Positions 35,756-44,950 of a stretch of DNA of 64,000 nucleotides are shown piece after piece. The notes under the pieces are model-generated. The model did no database searches, was not told where the DNA came from, and worked only from the letters and a program-made list of their open reading frames with translations. Numbering within the stretch: the first letter of the stretch is position 1; the number at the start of each line of letters is the position of its first letter. The DNA is taken from IMG/VR virus record IMGVR_UViG_3300037309_000121; one strand, given 5' to 3'. The position numbers and the translations under genes are program-made. This DNA comes from a virus.

Positions 35756-35847
35756 TTGTGAAGAGGTTGCCGGGGCACCTGCCGAAGCTCCGGGGTCTAA
35801 CGTCCGGGTGACTTGAAACTACCGGCGAACTTGAAAGGATCGCGATC

Positions 35848-36687
35848 ATGGCCAAGCAGGACAACCAAACCAAGGATCTGGGCAGCAAGGAAACTGGAGA
35901 GCTCGCGAAGTTCGACTACGGGGAGATGGCAGGCTCCGGATTCGAGAACGTCACGACCAAGGATCTCTCCATCCCGTTCCTGACTGTCCTCCAGGCGCTG
36001 AGCCCGGAAGTTCAGCCGGGGGAAGATCGCGTGCCGAACGCCGAGGCGGGCATGCTCTTCAACACCGTGACTCGCGAGCTCTTCGACCCCAAAGAGGGCA
36101 TCTGCTTCCAGCCGGTCTGCACCCAACACTGCTTCATGGAGTGGCGGCCCCGCAACCAGGGCGGCGGCCTCGTGGGCAAGCACTCCGTTGACAGCGAGGT
36201 GGTGGCGAAGGCCCAGGCTGCCGCGAAGGCCGCGAACGCTGAGTTCGGCAAGCTCAAGACTGCCGCGGGCAACGACCTGATCGAGACTCGCTACATCCTC
36301 GGCTATATCCTCCGAGACCCGAACCAGGAGGATCCGGGCGAGCCGATCATGATCAGCTTCACGTCGACGAAGATGAAGGTCTACAAGAACATCACCACCC
36401 GCCTCTACACCTTCGCCGGTCGTCCTCCGCTCTTCGCGCACCGTCTCCGCATCACGTCGTCGATGGAGGAGAATCCCAAGGGCAAGTTCTACAACTTCAA
36501 GATCGAGCCCTTCTTCGGCTCGATCCAGGAGTCTCTGATCAACCCCGCGAAGGAGTCGACGAGGAAGCTCCTGACCGACGCCTTCGAGCTGAAGCAGTCG
36601 TTCGAGAAGGGCGAGACCAAGGTCAACTACGAAAAGCAGGGCGGTGCCTCCAACAGCTCCGACTCCGGCGAGGAAGTTCCCTTCTGA
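35848..36687 (+). CDS. Single-stranded DNA-binding / annealing protein
   Basis: DLSIPFLTVLQALSPEV, GMLFNTVT, NPKGKFYNFKIE, acidic tail ending EEVPF. Confidence 0.7.
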   Translation: MAKQDNQTKDLGSKETGELAKFDYGEMAGSGFENVTTKDLSIPFLTVLQALSPEVQPGEDRVPNAEAGMLFNTVTRELFDPKEGICFQPVCTQHCFMEWRPRNQGGGLVGKHSVDSEVVAKAQAAAKAANAEFGKLKTAAGNDLIETRYILGYILRDPNQEDPGEPIMISFTSTKMKVYKNITTRLYTFAGRPPLFAHRLRITSSMEENPKGKFYNFKIEPFFGSIQESLINPAKESTRKLLTDAFELKQSFEKGETKVNYEKQGGASNSSDSGEEVPF

Positions 36688-36717
36688 CGACTCCGAACTT
36701 CGGCTGATTGCTCTTGT

Positions 36718-36747
36718 GCCGGGGTGGGTGCCTGCACCCACCCCGGC
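36718..36747 (+). terminator. Perfect 13-bp hairpin between SSB and RecD-like gene
   Basis: GCCGGGGTGGGTG-CCTG-CACCCACCCCGGC; lacks strong U-tract. Confidence 0.5.
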
Positions 36748-36766
36748 TGGTTCGTCGGGAGAAATC

Positions 36767-38029
36767 ATGAACTTTTCGCCGCAGCAGGATCAAGCCCTGC
36801 AGAGAGTGGCCCGCTGGCTGGAGAAACCAGACAAGCCCTGGTTCTATTTGGCCGGATATGCCGGAACTGGCAAGACAACCTTGGCCAAAGAATTCGCCTC
36901 CGGCGTAGGTGGTGGCGTGTGCTTCGCTGCCTATACTGGCAAGGCGGCATATGTGCTCCAGAGCAAGGGGTGCGTCGGAGCCACGACTCTCCATCGACTT
37001 ATCTACAAGCCGAAGGACAAGTCCAGGCAGCGGCTGAAGGAGCTGCAGGAGCAGCTCGACGACCTGGTGCAGCAGCTCACTGCCGAGGAGAAGGTCGGCT
37101 ATCCCTGCGACCACGGCAACCCCGCCATCGCCGAAGCTGTCAACAAGCACCCAGAGGTCGTCAAGCTGCGCGCCGAGCTGGACGCCGAGCGATCCTCGCT
37201 GGAGCGCCCGCTGTTCGCTCTCAACCTCGAGAGCGAAGTTCGCAACGCCGAGCTCGTGATCATCGACGAATGCTCGATGGTCGACGAACAGATGGGCAGG
37301 GATCTCCTCAGCTTCGAGACACCTGTGCTCGTCCTGGGCGACCCAGCTCAGCTCCCACCCGTTCGCGGCGAGGGCTTCTTCACTCAGCGGGAGCCCGACT
37401 ACCTGCTCACAGAGATCCACCGTCAGGCAAAAGACAACCCCATCCTGAGACTGGCGACGGATGTGCGAGAGGGTCGTAGTCTGTCTGTGGGGGACTACGG
37501 CGACAGCAGAGTCATCGATCTGTCGAGCGCGGAAGAATCCCTCTACACATCTCACGAGCAGATGCTCGTAGGCAGGAACCAGATGCGCAAGGGCTGCAAC
37601 CGGAAGATCCGGAAGCTCCTGGGTCGCGAGCTGCCTATGCCGTCGCCGGGAGATCGTCTCGTCTGCCTCCGCAACAACCACGAGTTCGGTCTCCTCAACG
37701 GAGGCATCTGGCAGACTCAGGACGCCGTTCAGATCGACGCAGACGAGATCGGTCTCACGCTGAAGAGCGAAGACGGCAGCTCTTCGATTACCACCGTCGC
37801 ACACACCCACTACTTCCTCGGAGAGAAGCCCCCGTTCTACCAGATCCGAGAGCGAGACTGCTTCGACTTCGGCTACGCTCTAACGGTCCACAAGTCCCAG
37901 GGTTCTCAGTGGGATAGCGTGCTGATCTTCGACGAGAGCTGGTTCATGCGGAACCTAGCCAGAAACTGGATGTACACCGCTATCACGCGAGCTGCGAAGA
38001 AGGTGACGATCGTCCGCCACCGGCGCTGA
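36767..38029 (+). CDS. RecD/Dda-like SF1B helicase
   Basis: GYAGTGKTT, IIDECSMV, VLGDPAQLPPV, YALTVHKSQGSQW, YTAITRA. Confidence 0.92.
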   Translation: MNFSPQQDQALQRVARWLEKPDKPWFYLAGYAGTGKTTLAKEFASGVGGGVCFAAYTGKAAYVLQSKGCVGATTLHRLIYKPKDKSRQRLKELQEQLDDLVQQLTAEEKVGYPCDHGNPAIAEAVNKHPEVVKLRAELDAERSSLERPLFALNLESEVRNAELVIIDECSMVDEQMGRDLLSFETPVLVLGDPAQLPPVRGEGFFTQREPDYLLTEIHRQAKDNPILRLATDVREGRSLSVGDYGDSRVIDLSSAEESLYTSHEQMLVGRNQMRKGCNRKIRKLLGRELPMPSPGDRLVCLRNNHEFGLLNGGIWQTQDAVQIDADEIGLTLKSEDGSSSITTVAHTHYFLGEKPPFYQIRERDCFDFGYALTVHKSQGSQWDSVLIFDESWFMRNLARNWMYTAITRAAKKVTIVRHRR

Positions 38030-38078
38030 AGCCTACAATCCACTTCCGCACCCCCAACAAGGACAGGAGCAAGACGCG

Positions 38079-39884
38079 ATGTCATACGGTCCCAAGCTGC
38101 CCATCTCTCAGGAAACCCACGCCGAGAAGTACCGCCTCCCGGGCGAGAGCTTCGAGGAAGCGATGAGACGGGTCGCGGTCGGTCTTTCCGATGACAGTGA
38201 CCACTTTGTCGCGCTGGAATCGATCCTTCTACACCAGCGGTTCATGCCGGGCGGTCGCGTGCAAGCCGCTATCGGTTCTCCCAAGGATGTCACTGCATAC
38301 AACTGCTTCGTCAGCGGAACTATCGACGACAGCTTCGTCGAAGGTGCTGGGAGCATCATGTCGCGCCTGCGCCAGGCGGCAGCGACGATGCGCAAGGGCG
38401 GAGGAATCGGCTACGACTTCAGCACGCTCCGCCCAGAGAAGGCGACGATCCGCAAGCTGATGTCCGTCAGCTGCGGCCCCATCCCCTTCATCAAGATCTT
38501 CGACGCGAACGGTCGCTGCATCAGCAGCGCCGGGCACCGCCGCGGGGCGCAGATGGGAGTGATGCGGGTCGACCACCCCAACATCCGGGACTTCATCCGC
38601 ATGAAGCAGCCTCCTGCCGAGGCTGCTCCGGTCATCCAGGCCATGGACGCATGCGAGCCAGGGAGCCAGGATTGGGCGAGTTGGTACTCCTGCCTCCAGA
38701 AGCTCCTGGACGTGAAGGGGTTCAACGTCTCCGTCGCCCTGACCGACGAGTTCATGGAGTGCGTCCAGCAGGGCAGCCCGTTCAACCTCCGCTTCGGTGG
38801 CAAGATCTACGAGACCATCGAGGCTCGCGAGCTCTGGGAGCTCATGATGAGGTCGACGTGGGACTGGGCAGAGCCCGGCGCTCTGTTCATCGACACCATC
38901 AACCGCATGAACAACCTGTGGTACTGCGAGCAGATCGCGGCCACGAACCCGTGCGGGGAGCAGCCCCTGCCGCCCTTCGGGGCCTGCCTGCTGGGCAGCT
39001 TCAACCTCGTGAAGTACATTGCGACCCGCAGCGACGGCACCCGCCGCTTCGACTTTGATCAGCTCCGGGCCGACATCCGCCCGGTGGTCAGAGCGATGGA
39101 CAATGTCGTGGATCGAACTCGCTACCCGCTCCGCGAGCAAGAAGCTGAGGCTCAATCGAAGCGGCGCATGGGTCTCGGGGTGACCGGGCTGGCGAACGCT
39201 CTCGAGGCGCTCGGTCACCCCTACGGCTCCACAGAGTTCCTGCAGATGCAGCACCAGATCCTCTCGCTGATCGCCCGGTGGTGCTACATCGCCAGCACCG
39301 AGCTCGCGCAGGAGAAGGGATCCTTCCCGCTCCTCGACGTCGACAAGTTCCTGCAGAGCGGCTTCATGAAGACCATGGACGAGGAAGTTCGCGACCTGAT
39401 CCGTCACCGAGGCATCCGCAACAGCCACCTCCTGTCGATCGCCCCGACCGGAACCATCAGCCTCTCGGCAGACAACGTGAGCTCGTCCATCGAGCCAGTG
39501 TTCGCGTATCAGACCGAGCGGAAGATCAACATGCCCGGCGGCATAGTCACCGAGGTGATCCCTGATTACGGGGTTGCCCAGTTCGATGTTCGAGGTAAAC
39601 GGTGCTCCGACGTGACGGTTGCCGAGCACCTCGCCGTCCTCGAGACTGCCACCCGGCATGTCGACTCTGCGGTCTCGAAGACCTGCAACGTACCTGCGGA
39701 CACTCGCTGGTCCGACTTCGAGAACATCTACATGGAAGCATGGCGACGGGGGTGCAAGGGCATCACGACCTACCAGGTCGGAGGTCGCCGGGCGGGCATC
39801 CTGAAGTCTGCGGACGAGAGCGCGGAGAAGTCGGTGGAGATCTGCCACGTCGATCCGGAGACCGGCGCAAGAAATTGTGAGTAG
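38079..39884 (+). CDS. nrdJ: Class II (B12-dependent) ribonucleotide reductase
   Basis: YNCFV, TNPCGEQPL, SIAPTGTIS, KGITTY; no small-subunit gene nearby. Confidence 0.9.
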   Translation: MSYGPKLPISQETHAEKYRLPGESFEEAMRRVAVGLSDDSDHFVALESILLHQRFMPGGRVQAAIGSPKDVTAYNCFVSGTIDDSFVEGAGSIMSRLRQAAATMRKGGGIGYDFSTLRPEKATIRKLMSVSCGPIPFIKIFDANGRCISSAGHRRGAQMGVMRVDHPNIRDFIRMKQPPAEAAPVIQAMDACEPGSQDWASWYSCLQKLLDVKGFNVSVALTDEFMECVQQGSPFNLRFGGKIYETIEARELWELMMRSTWDWAEPGALFIDTINRMNNLWYCEQIAATNPCGEQPLPPFGACLLGSFNLVKYIATRSDGTRRFDFDQLRADIRPVVRAMDNVVDRTRYPLREQEAEAQSKRRMGLGVTGLANALEALGHPYGSTEFLQMQHQILSLIARWCYIASTELAQEKGSFPLLDVDKFLQSGFMKTMDEEVRDLIRHRGIRNSHLLSIAPTGTISLSADNVSSSIEPVFAYQTERKINMPGGIVTEVIPDYGVAQFDVRGKRCSDVTVAEHLAVLETATRHVDSAVSKTCNVPADTRWSDFENIYMEAWRRGCKGITTYQVGGRRAGILKSADESAEKSVEICHVDPETGARNCE

Positions 39885-39888
39885 CGTA

Positions 39889-39916
39889 TTGCCTTCTGGC
39901 CATCGAACGATATATT
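39889..39916 (+). promoter_or_regulatory. Sigma70-like promoter
   Basis: TTGCCT-N16-TATATT upstream of AGGAGG RBS and ATG 39946. Confidence 0.7.
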
Positions 39917-39945
39917 CTTCGAGTCGGATCAGGAGGATTTTTGAG

Positions 39946-40758
39946 ATGAAGTTCATCAGCAGCTGCGGCCCCATCGGGCCAGAAGATATCGCGTCCCTCA
40001 CCGGATCACAACTTCTCATCGTCCACAACGAGCTCCGCTCGGCCAACGGGGACTCGGTAACGAAGAGGTTCGCAGACAGCAAGAGCGGTCGAGAGCGGAC
40101 CACCAGGGCCTACGAGCTCTGGCGATCTCGCCAGCCGCAGCGGGCCACGCCCATCTCCCCGACCATGTCTGCCGTTCGAGCGGAGACGAAGTTGCCTCCA
40201 GCAACTTCGCGTGGGCTCTCGTCAGCCGCAAGCTCCAGGAACAAGTCTTCAGCGAGAGTCGGGGACAAAACGGAGCTCATGCGTCTCCCCGCCCGCAGAG
40301 ATATTCGCACTCACAAGCCGAACACGAGTCGCGGCAAGATCATCGCCCTCGGCTGCAGGAAGGAGGGCATCACCTCCGCGGAGATTCAGCGGATGACCGG
40401 CTGGGACCTCCAGCAGATTCGCTCCTGCCTCCGTCAGATCAACCAGCACACTGGACACGGCATCGAGGAGCGGTCCCCAGAGCACTTCTATATCTCGGGA
40501 GAGCCGCGGAAGCGCAAGAGTCTGAGCTGGGCTCCGAAGAGCGAGATCCGCGAGCACAAGAAGGGCACGAAGCGAGCCAAGGCAATACAGATGTTGCTGC
40601 GGTCGGAGGGTGCTTCGTTCGAGGACATCAAGGCAGCCTGCAGCTGGAACGACGTCCAGGCATACGAGGGCATCAAGCTCCTCCACGGCTACCTGGGCTA
40701 CGGCATCGAGGAGAAGGACGGGGTCATCCGCGCCTACACCAAGGAGAAGCAGAAGTGA
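39946..40758 (+). CDS. Basic protein with two DUF3489-like winged-helix repeats
   Basis: KIIALGCRKEGITSAEIQRMTGW and KAIQMLLRSEGASFEDIKAACSW. Confidence 0.6.
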   Translation: MKFISSCGPIGPEDIASLTGSQLLIVHNELRSANGDSVTKRFADSKSGRERTTRAYELWRSRQPQRATPISPTMSAVRAETKLPPATSRGLSSAASSRNKSSARVGDKTELMRLPARRDIRTHKPNTSRGKIIALGCRKEGITSAEIQRMTGWDLQQIRSCLRQINQHTGHGIEERSPEHFYISGEPRKRKSLSWAPKSEIREHKKGTKRAKAIQMLLRSEGASFEDIKAACSWNDVQAYEGIKLLHGYLGYGIEEKDGVIRAYTKEKQK

Positions 40759-41048
40759 CTAGACAGGAGCTGTCGCTCCTCCTGTTCCTCGAGACCCAGG
40801 CCGTCGATAATGGCGGCAAGGTGCGGACGAACCGCATGAACAAGGAGGAGCTCGAACTGGCCCGCCGGTGGAACGACGAGGGCTTTTTGCAGTTCGGTCG
40901 CCTGAAGATGGCGGACATCGACGGTGAGCGAACGCGGGACGTCGCGACCCACTGGGTGAGACTCTCAGACGTCGCCTGGACCACGGCCCACGCCGAGCGC
41001 CGGAAGCGGGCCGAGCGGTGCGAGTCAGTGAAGGACTACCCGAAGTGA
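40755..41048 (+). CDS. Hypothetical protein
   Basis: GTGA coupling to upstream gene. Confidence 0.65.
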   Translation: MTRQELSLLLFLETQAVDNGGKVRTNRMNKEELELARRWNDEGFLQFGRLKMADIDGERTRDVATHWVRLSDVAWTTAHAERRKRAERCESVKDYPK

Positions 41049-41212
41049 AGACGAGGCCCACCATCTGTCCGATCTGCAGGGTTCGCAAGCATCGCTGCGC
41101 GTGGCAAGGAGTTCAGCCCTGGCTGAAGCGCATCAGCTGGTGGTGGTGCGAGCGATGCAACTACGTCTTCTATCAGGTGATATTGGTCAGGAGCAAGGAG
41201 AGGCTGCAGTGA
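41045..41212 (+). CDS. 55-aa Cys/Trp-rich Zn-finger-like peptide
   Basis: Coupled at both ends; CPIC...WWWCERC. Confidence 0.5.
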   Translation: MKTRPTICPICRVRKHRCAWQGVQPWLKRISWWWCERCNYVFYQVILVRSKERLQ

Positions 41213-41439
41213 GGTGCTACAACGGATGTCCCGACAGCAAGCTGAAGGCGTATCTGGACGAGCAGGCTTCTCTGCGACGGCAGATCGATGCTCTAGGCTA
41301 CCGTGTCACGTGGTTCCCCAGTGGTGAGTTCTATCAAGCGTTCACGAGGAACCTTCAGCCCGTGGGCAAAGAGCACCGCTCGCTCACAGAGGTGCTCGAA
41401 GAAGTGAGGAGTCTGCACAGTGGGAACGCGCAAGTATGA
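41209..41439 (+). CDS. Hypothetical protein
   Basis: GTGA coupling; GGAG RBS. Confidence 0.55.
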   Translation: MRCYNGCPDSKLKAYLDEQASLRRQIDALGYRVTWFPSGEFYQAFTRNLQPVGKEHRSLTEVLEEVRSLHSGNAQV

Positions 41440-42325
41440 CAAGCTGAGCATCGAGGACTTCGGGGCTCACCTGCTCGACAACCTCGACCTTGACCCGATC
41501 TACGTGGCCCTGCACCGTCTGCAGTGCACTGAGGGAGGTTGGGACCTAGCCACGATCTACCGCTGGCTCGTCGCCTACTGGTGCTTCTACCACGCCGGGG
41601 CCGCGTGCTACATCGCCTCCCGACCGCGAGAGGAGTTCTGGGACTGGATGGAGCGGGCGGCTGCGAATCGCGTCGAAGAACCGTGCCCGCTGGGCGGGAA
41701 CGCCGTGAACGGAGGCTGGCCGCGAGGCCACGAGCGCCGCCACTTCCGCGGAGCCCAGGGCTACGCCGCGGTGAAGGAGCTGAAGGCGAAGTACCCGGAG
41801 CCCGAGGACTTCGTCGTCGCCCTGCAGAGAGTCGACGCGGGGACCAGCGTCCCGTTCTCCAAGCTCTCGGAGAAGATCCGGGAGCACCGGAGCTTCGGCC
41901 CCTGGATCGCCTTCAAGGTTGGCGACATGCTGGATCGCGTGCTCGGCAAGCAGGTTGACTTCACCGAGGCCGAGGTGTTCATGTTCGAGGCCCCGCGGGA
42001 AGCCGCCATCCTCCTGTGGCGCACGAAGCAGAACCTCCCGGAAGGTGCGAAGCCGAAGGACGAGACCCAGGTCATCAAGCGGGTCGTGCAGTACCTCGTG
42101 GACTACTTCGCGGGAGCGCCCCACGAGAAGCGAGCGCCACCTTCCTACGACCGGATGGTCGGTCTGCAGGAGATCGAGACGATCCTCTGCAAGTGGAAGA
42201 GCCACATGACGGGCTCGTACCCACTGTGGAACGATATCGACGAGATCAACGCCGGGCTGTCCCTCTGGAGCGAGACGTGTCCGGCAGTCCAAGAATTCCT
42301 CAGGCACATGCCGAAGCGCCGATGA
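41420..42325 (+). CDS. Amino acid:DNA transferase (AADT, aGPT-Pplase2 family)
   Basis: DLDPIY, RWLVAYWCFYHAGAA, WPRGHERRHFRG, FGPWIAFKVGDM, QEIETILCKWKSH; matches recalled M6 gp51 / PaMx11 gp47 type. Confidence 0.88.
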   Translation: MGTRKYDKLSIEDFGAHLLDNLDLDPIYVALHRLQCTEGGWDLATIYRWLVAYWCFYHAGAACYIASRPREEFWDWMERAAANRVEEPCPLGGNAVNGGWPRGHERRHFRGAQGYAAVKELKAKYPEPEDFVVALQRVDAGTSVPFSKLSEKIREHRSFGPWIAFKVGDMLDRVLGKQVDFTEAEVFMFEAPREAAILLWRTKQNLPEGAKPKDETQVIKRVVQYLVDYFAGAPHEKRAPPSYDRMVGLQEIETILCKWKSHMTGSYPLWNDIDEINAGLSLWSETCPAVQEFLRHMPKRR

Positions 42326-42522
42326 AGAAGATATCTGCAATCCTCTCGCTCGTCGTCCTGAGCGGATGCTCTTCGGCTCCGAGCAGACCTGAGGGATTTT
42401 GCAGCCGTGGGGTCCCGCTCGAGAGTCCCAGCTCCTGGAGGAGCGGCATCGTCGATCAGTCGATAGAGGAGGCCGATCGTCGGCAGTTCCTGCGCCAGCT
42501 CGAGAAAGAGGTTCGACAGTGA
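42322..42522 (+). CDS. Small lipoprotein
   Basis: MKKISAILSLVVLSG-C lipobox, 66 aa, ATGA coupled. Confidence 0.65.
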   Translation: MKKISAILSLVVLSGCSSAPSRPEGFCSRGVPLESPSSWRSGIVDQSIEEADRRQFLRQLEKEVRQ

Positions 42523-42626
42523 GAAGTCGCAAGCTCTACCAGTTCCTGGTCGGATTCTTCGAAGGTCTTTTCGTCGGATTCGTCGTCGGCCTGTCCATCG
42601 TGATCTTCTTCCTGGAGGTCCTGTGA
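42519..42626 (+). CDS. 35-aa single-TM membrane peptide
   Basis: RSRKLYQFLVGFFEGLFVGFVVGLSIVIFFLEVL; GTGA coupled both sides. Confidence 0.5.
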   Translation: MRSRKLYQFLVGFFEGLFVGFVVGLSIVIFFLEVL

Positions 42627-43483
42627 ACACCATCAACGTCGTCGGTGCAGGCATCGCCGGATCTTTGGTCGCTCGCGTCCTCCGCGCTCGCGGGCACACG
42701 GTTCGGGTCATCGACGACTGCGACGTCAACTCCGCGAGCCGTGCCAGCAGCAACTTGTACATCGGGAGCTGGCTGAAGAAGTTCGGCAGCCCCGCAGCGT
42801 CGAACGGCATCCGCGTCGTCGAGGAGCTCTTCGCCGGGAAGATCGACCAGCCTTTCAGTCGCGGGATCGCCGACGCCGCTAGGGTGCGGCACATCGCCCA
42901 GCGGCACCTGCTCGTCGATCCCGATGTGGTCGGCACCGCTACCTCAGTTCACCAGGTTGACGACCCGTTTCCCCCGAACTACGGGGGTGGAGTCAAGGTG
43001 TCTGTGCTCGGAGGTAGGTTCTTCCCCGGACGAACCGTCATCTGCACCGGCTATCGAGGTGCGGAGCTCGTTCCCGGCCTGAAGGTCGACGTCAAGGTCG
43101 GCCACGGCATCCACTTCCGCGGCCGCCTGCCGGAGGGGAAGAGCTCGCTCACGCTGGCCTCTCCCTACACGCACGCGAAGCTCTACCAGCTCGACGAGGA
43201 CACGATCTACTTCGCAGACTCCGTCGCCGTGACCCGAGGTACCTACGACAAGCGGAGGAAGGAACTCATGGACCGCACCATGGCCCGCGCGGTCAAGCTG
43301 ATCGGGTTCGAGCCCGAGGTGAAGTCCATCCTCGTCGGCTACCGGCCGTTCGTCTCCGGACACGACTTCGGTTACCTCGCGCAGGTGAAGCCGGGCGTGT
43401 GGGTGCTGAACGGGGGTGGGAAGAACGGCATCGTGGCCTACGCCGACGCGGCAGATCGGCTCGCGAAGGAGATCGGGTCGTGA
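42623..43483 (+). CDS. FAD-dependent oxidoreductase (glycine/D-amino-acid oxidase-like)
   Basis: VVGAGIAG Rossmann motif, SRASS, GYRP, NGGGKNGI. Confidence 0.85.
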   Translation: MNTINVVGAGIAGSLVARVLRARGHTVRVIDDCDVNSASRASSNLYIGSWLKKFGSPAASNGIRVVEELFAGKIDQPFSRGIADAARVRHIAQRHLLVDPDVVGTATSVHQVDDPFPPNYGGGVKVSVLGGRFFPGRTVICTGYRGAELVPGLKVDVKVGHGIHFRGRLPEGKSSLTLASPYTHAKLYQLDEDTIYFADSVAVTRGTYDKRRKELMDRTMARAVKLIGFEPEVKSILVGYRPFVSGHDFGYLAQVKPGVWVLNGGGKNGIVAYADAADRLAKEIGS

Positions 43484-44373
43484 GGCACGAGGTGCTCGTC
43501 GGTGATTCCCTGTCGTTACTGCAGTCGCTCGAGGACGAGCGATTCCAGTGCTGCGTCACCTCGCCACCCTACTGGGGGCTGAGGCACTACGGAGCTGAGG
43601 GGGAGATCGGTCGAGAGCAATCGGTGCAGGAATACGTCGATAGGCTCGTGGCCGTATTCTCTGAGGTTCGCCGAGTTCTCAGGTCGGACGGCACGCTCTG
43701 GCTGAACATCGGCGACACGTACACCTCCGGTGGGCGGGCTACCTTCAGGAGCAGCGCCTCGTCGAACAAGGGGCATCGTCGGCAAGATGATCTGCCCCGA
43801 CCGCAGACTCCCGCTGGCCTGAAGCCCAAGGAGCTCGTAGGTGTGCCGTGGCGATTGGCCTTCGCACTCCAGGCTGATGGCTGGTACCTGCGCAGCGACA
43901 TCATCTGGCACAAGCCGAACCAGATGCCGGACGCGGCGAAGGATCGACCCACGAAGGCGCACGAGTACATCTTTCTGCTCGCCAAGAGCGAGCGATACTA
44001 CTTCGATCGGCACGCGATCATGGAGAAGGCGGTGTGCCAGCGCAAGCGAGGACCGAGCCTGCACAAGGATCTTGTCTCGACGAACGGCAACGGTGGACTC
44101 AGCAGGCGGGAGCCGGAGGAGTTCCGCAACGGCAGGACTCTGTGGTCAATCAACACTGCGTCGATCAGAGGGCAGAAGCATTCGGCAGTCTTCCCCCGAT
44201 CCCTGGCAATGAAGTGCATCCGAGCTGGTTCGAGGCCAGACGACGAGGTTTTGGATCCTTTCGTCGGTTCGGGCACGACTCTGGTCGTCGCCAGGCAGCT
44301 TGGCAGAAGTGGAGTCGGCATCGAGCTGAGCTCGGAGTACGCCGACGCGGCGAGGAAAAGGATCGAAGCATGA
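43480..44373 (+). CDS. Beta-class amino-methyltransferase (N4-cytosine type, SPPY)
   Basis: VTSPPYWGLR, LWLNIGDTY, IIWHKPN, HSAVFP, LDPFVGSGTT. Confidence 0.92.
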   Translation: MRHEVLVGDSLSLLQSLEDERFQCCVTSPPYWGLRHYGAEGEIGREQSVQEYVDRLVAVFSEVRRVLRSDGTLWLNIGDTYTSGGRATFRSSASSNKGHRRQDDLPRPQTPAGLKPKELVGVPWRLAFALQADGWYLRSDIIWHKPNQMPDAAKDRPTKAHEYIFLLAKSERYYFDRHAIMEKAVCQRKRGPSLHKDLVSTNGNGGLSRREPEEFRNGRTLWSINTASIRGQKHSAVFPRSLAMKCIRAGSRPDDEVLDPFVGSGTTLVVARQLGRSGVGIELSSEYADAARKRIEA

Positions 44374-44807
44374 GCAATCGCGACGACACCATCAAGATTC
44401 GTCCCGCAACTCGTGGTGATCACGAAGTCCTGCTGGCTATCGCCAAGAGCCACAAAGCCACACGTGACTTCGGACATATCATGTTCTCTGGAGAGCAAGC
44501 ATACCAGAAAGGCTGGATCCGCGTCGCAATCGTAGCCGATCACGTTGTGGGCTTCACCTGTGTGCGGCACAAGATGCGAGAACCCAAGACCAGCTTGTAC
44601 TACATCTGCGTCAGGCCCGAGGCGAGGCGGATGAAAGTTGGTCAGGCCCTCCTGGACGACCTTACAGCCACCTCGCCGCATCGCTGCATCGAGCTCTCCT
44701 GCTTCAAGGACAACGCGGAGGCCCTGGCCTTTTACGCGAAGAACGGGTTCGAGCAGAAGGGTGAGGCTCTGAAGGGCAAGGGTTGGCATCTGGAGAAGAC
44801 CTGGTGA
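44370..44807 (+). CDS. GNAT-family N-acetyltransferase
   Basis: ICVRPEARRMKVGQALL, DNAEALAFYAKNGF; ATGA coupled. Confidence 0.88.
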   Translation: MSNRDDTIKIRPATRGDHEVLLAIAKSHKATRDFGHIMFSGEQAYQKGWIRVAIVADHVVGFTCVRHKMREPKTSLYYICVRPEARRMKVGQALLDDLTATSPHRCIELSCFKDNAEALAFYAKNGFEQKGEALKGKGWHLEKTW

Positions 44808-44950
44808 GAACTTGCCCAGACAGGCTGTGTGTTGGCTATTCTTTCTGGCCTCATCCGCTGGTGTGGTGGTGGCGCGGTTGGAGACGCTGGCCACTTTGTC
44901 GGGCTTGTCGCTTCTGCGGCAGGCAAACTGTTCGGAGGTTCAACCCATGA
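44804..44950 (+). CDS. 48-aa Trp/Cys/Arg-rich micro-ORF (below ORF-track threshold)
   Basis: GTGA overlap with GNAT stop and ATGA overlap with kinase start; RTCPDRLCVGYSFWPHPLVWWWRGWRRWPLCRACRFCGRQTVRRFNP. Confidence 0.5.
   Translation: MRTCPDRLCVGYSFWPHPLVWWWRGWRRWPLCRACRFCGRQTVRRFNP

Noticed and set aside
35756-35847. Theta/HDV-like ribozyme or c-di-GMP riboswitch in the tRNA trailer
   Set aside because: No G-starting P1 at the tRNA 3' end and no nested double pseudoknot could be built; GGGTCTAA alone is insufficient for GEMM
44812-44842. TTGCCC...TATTCT promoter before the kinase
   Set aside because: 19-nt spacer, and the stretch is better explained by the coupled micro-ORF 44804-44950
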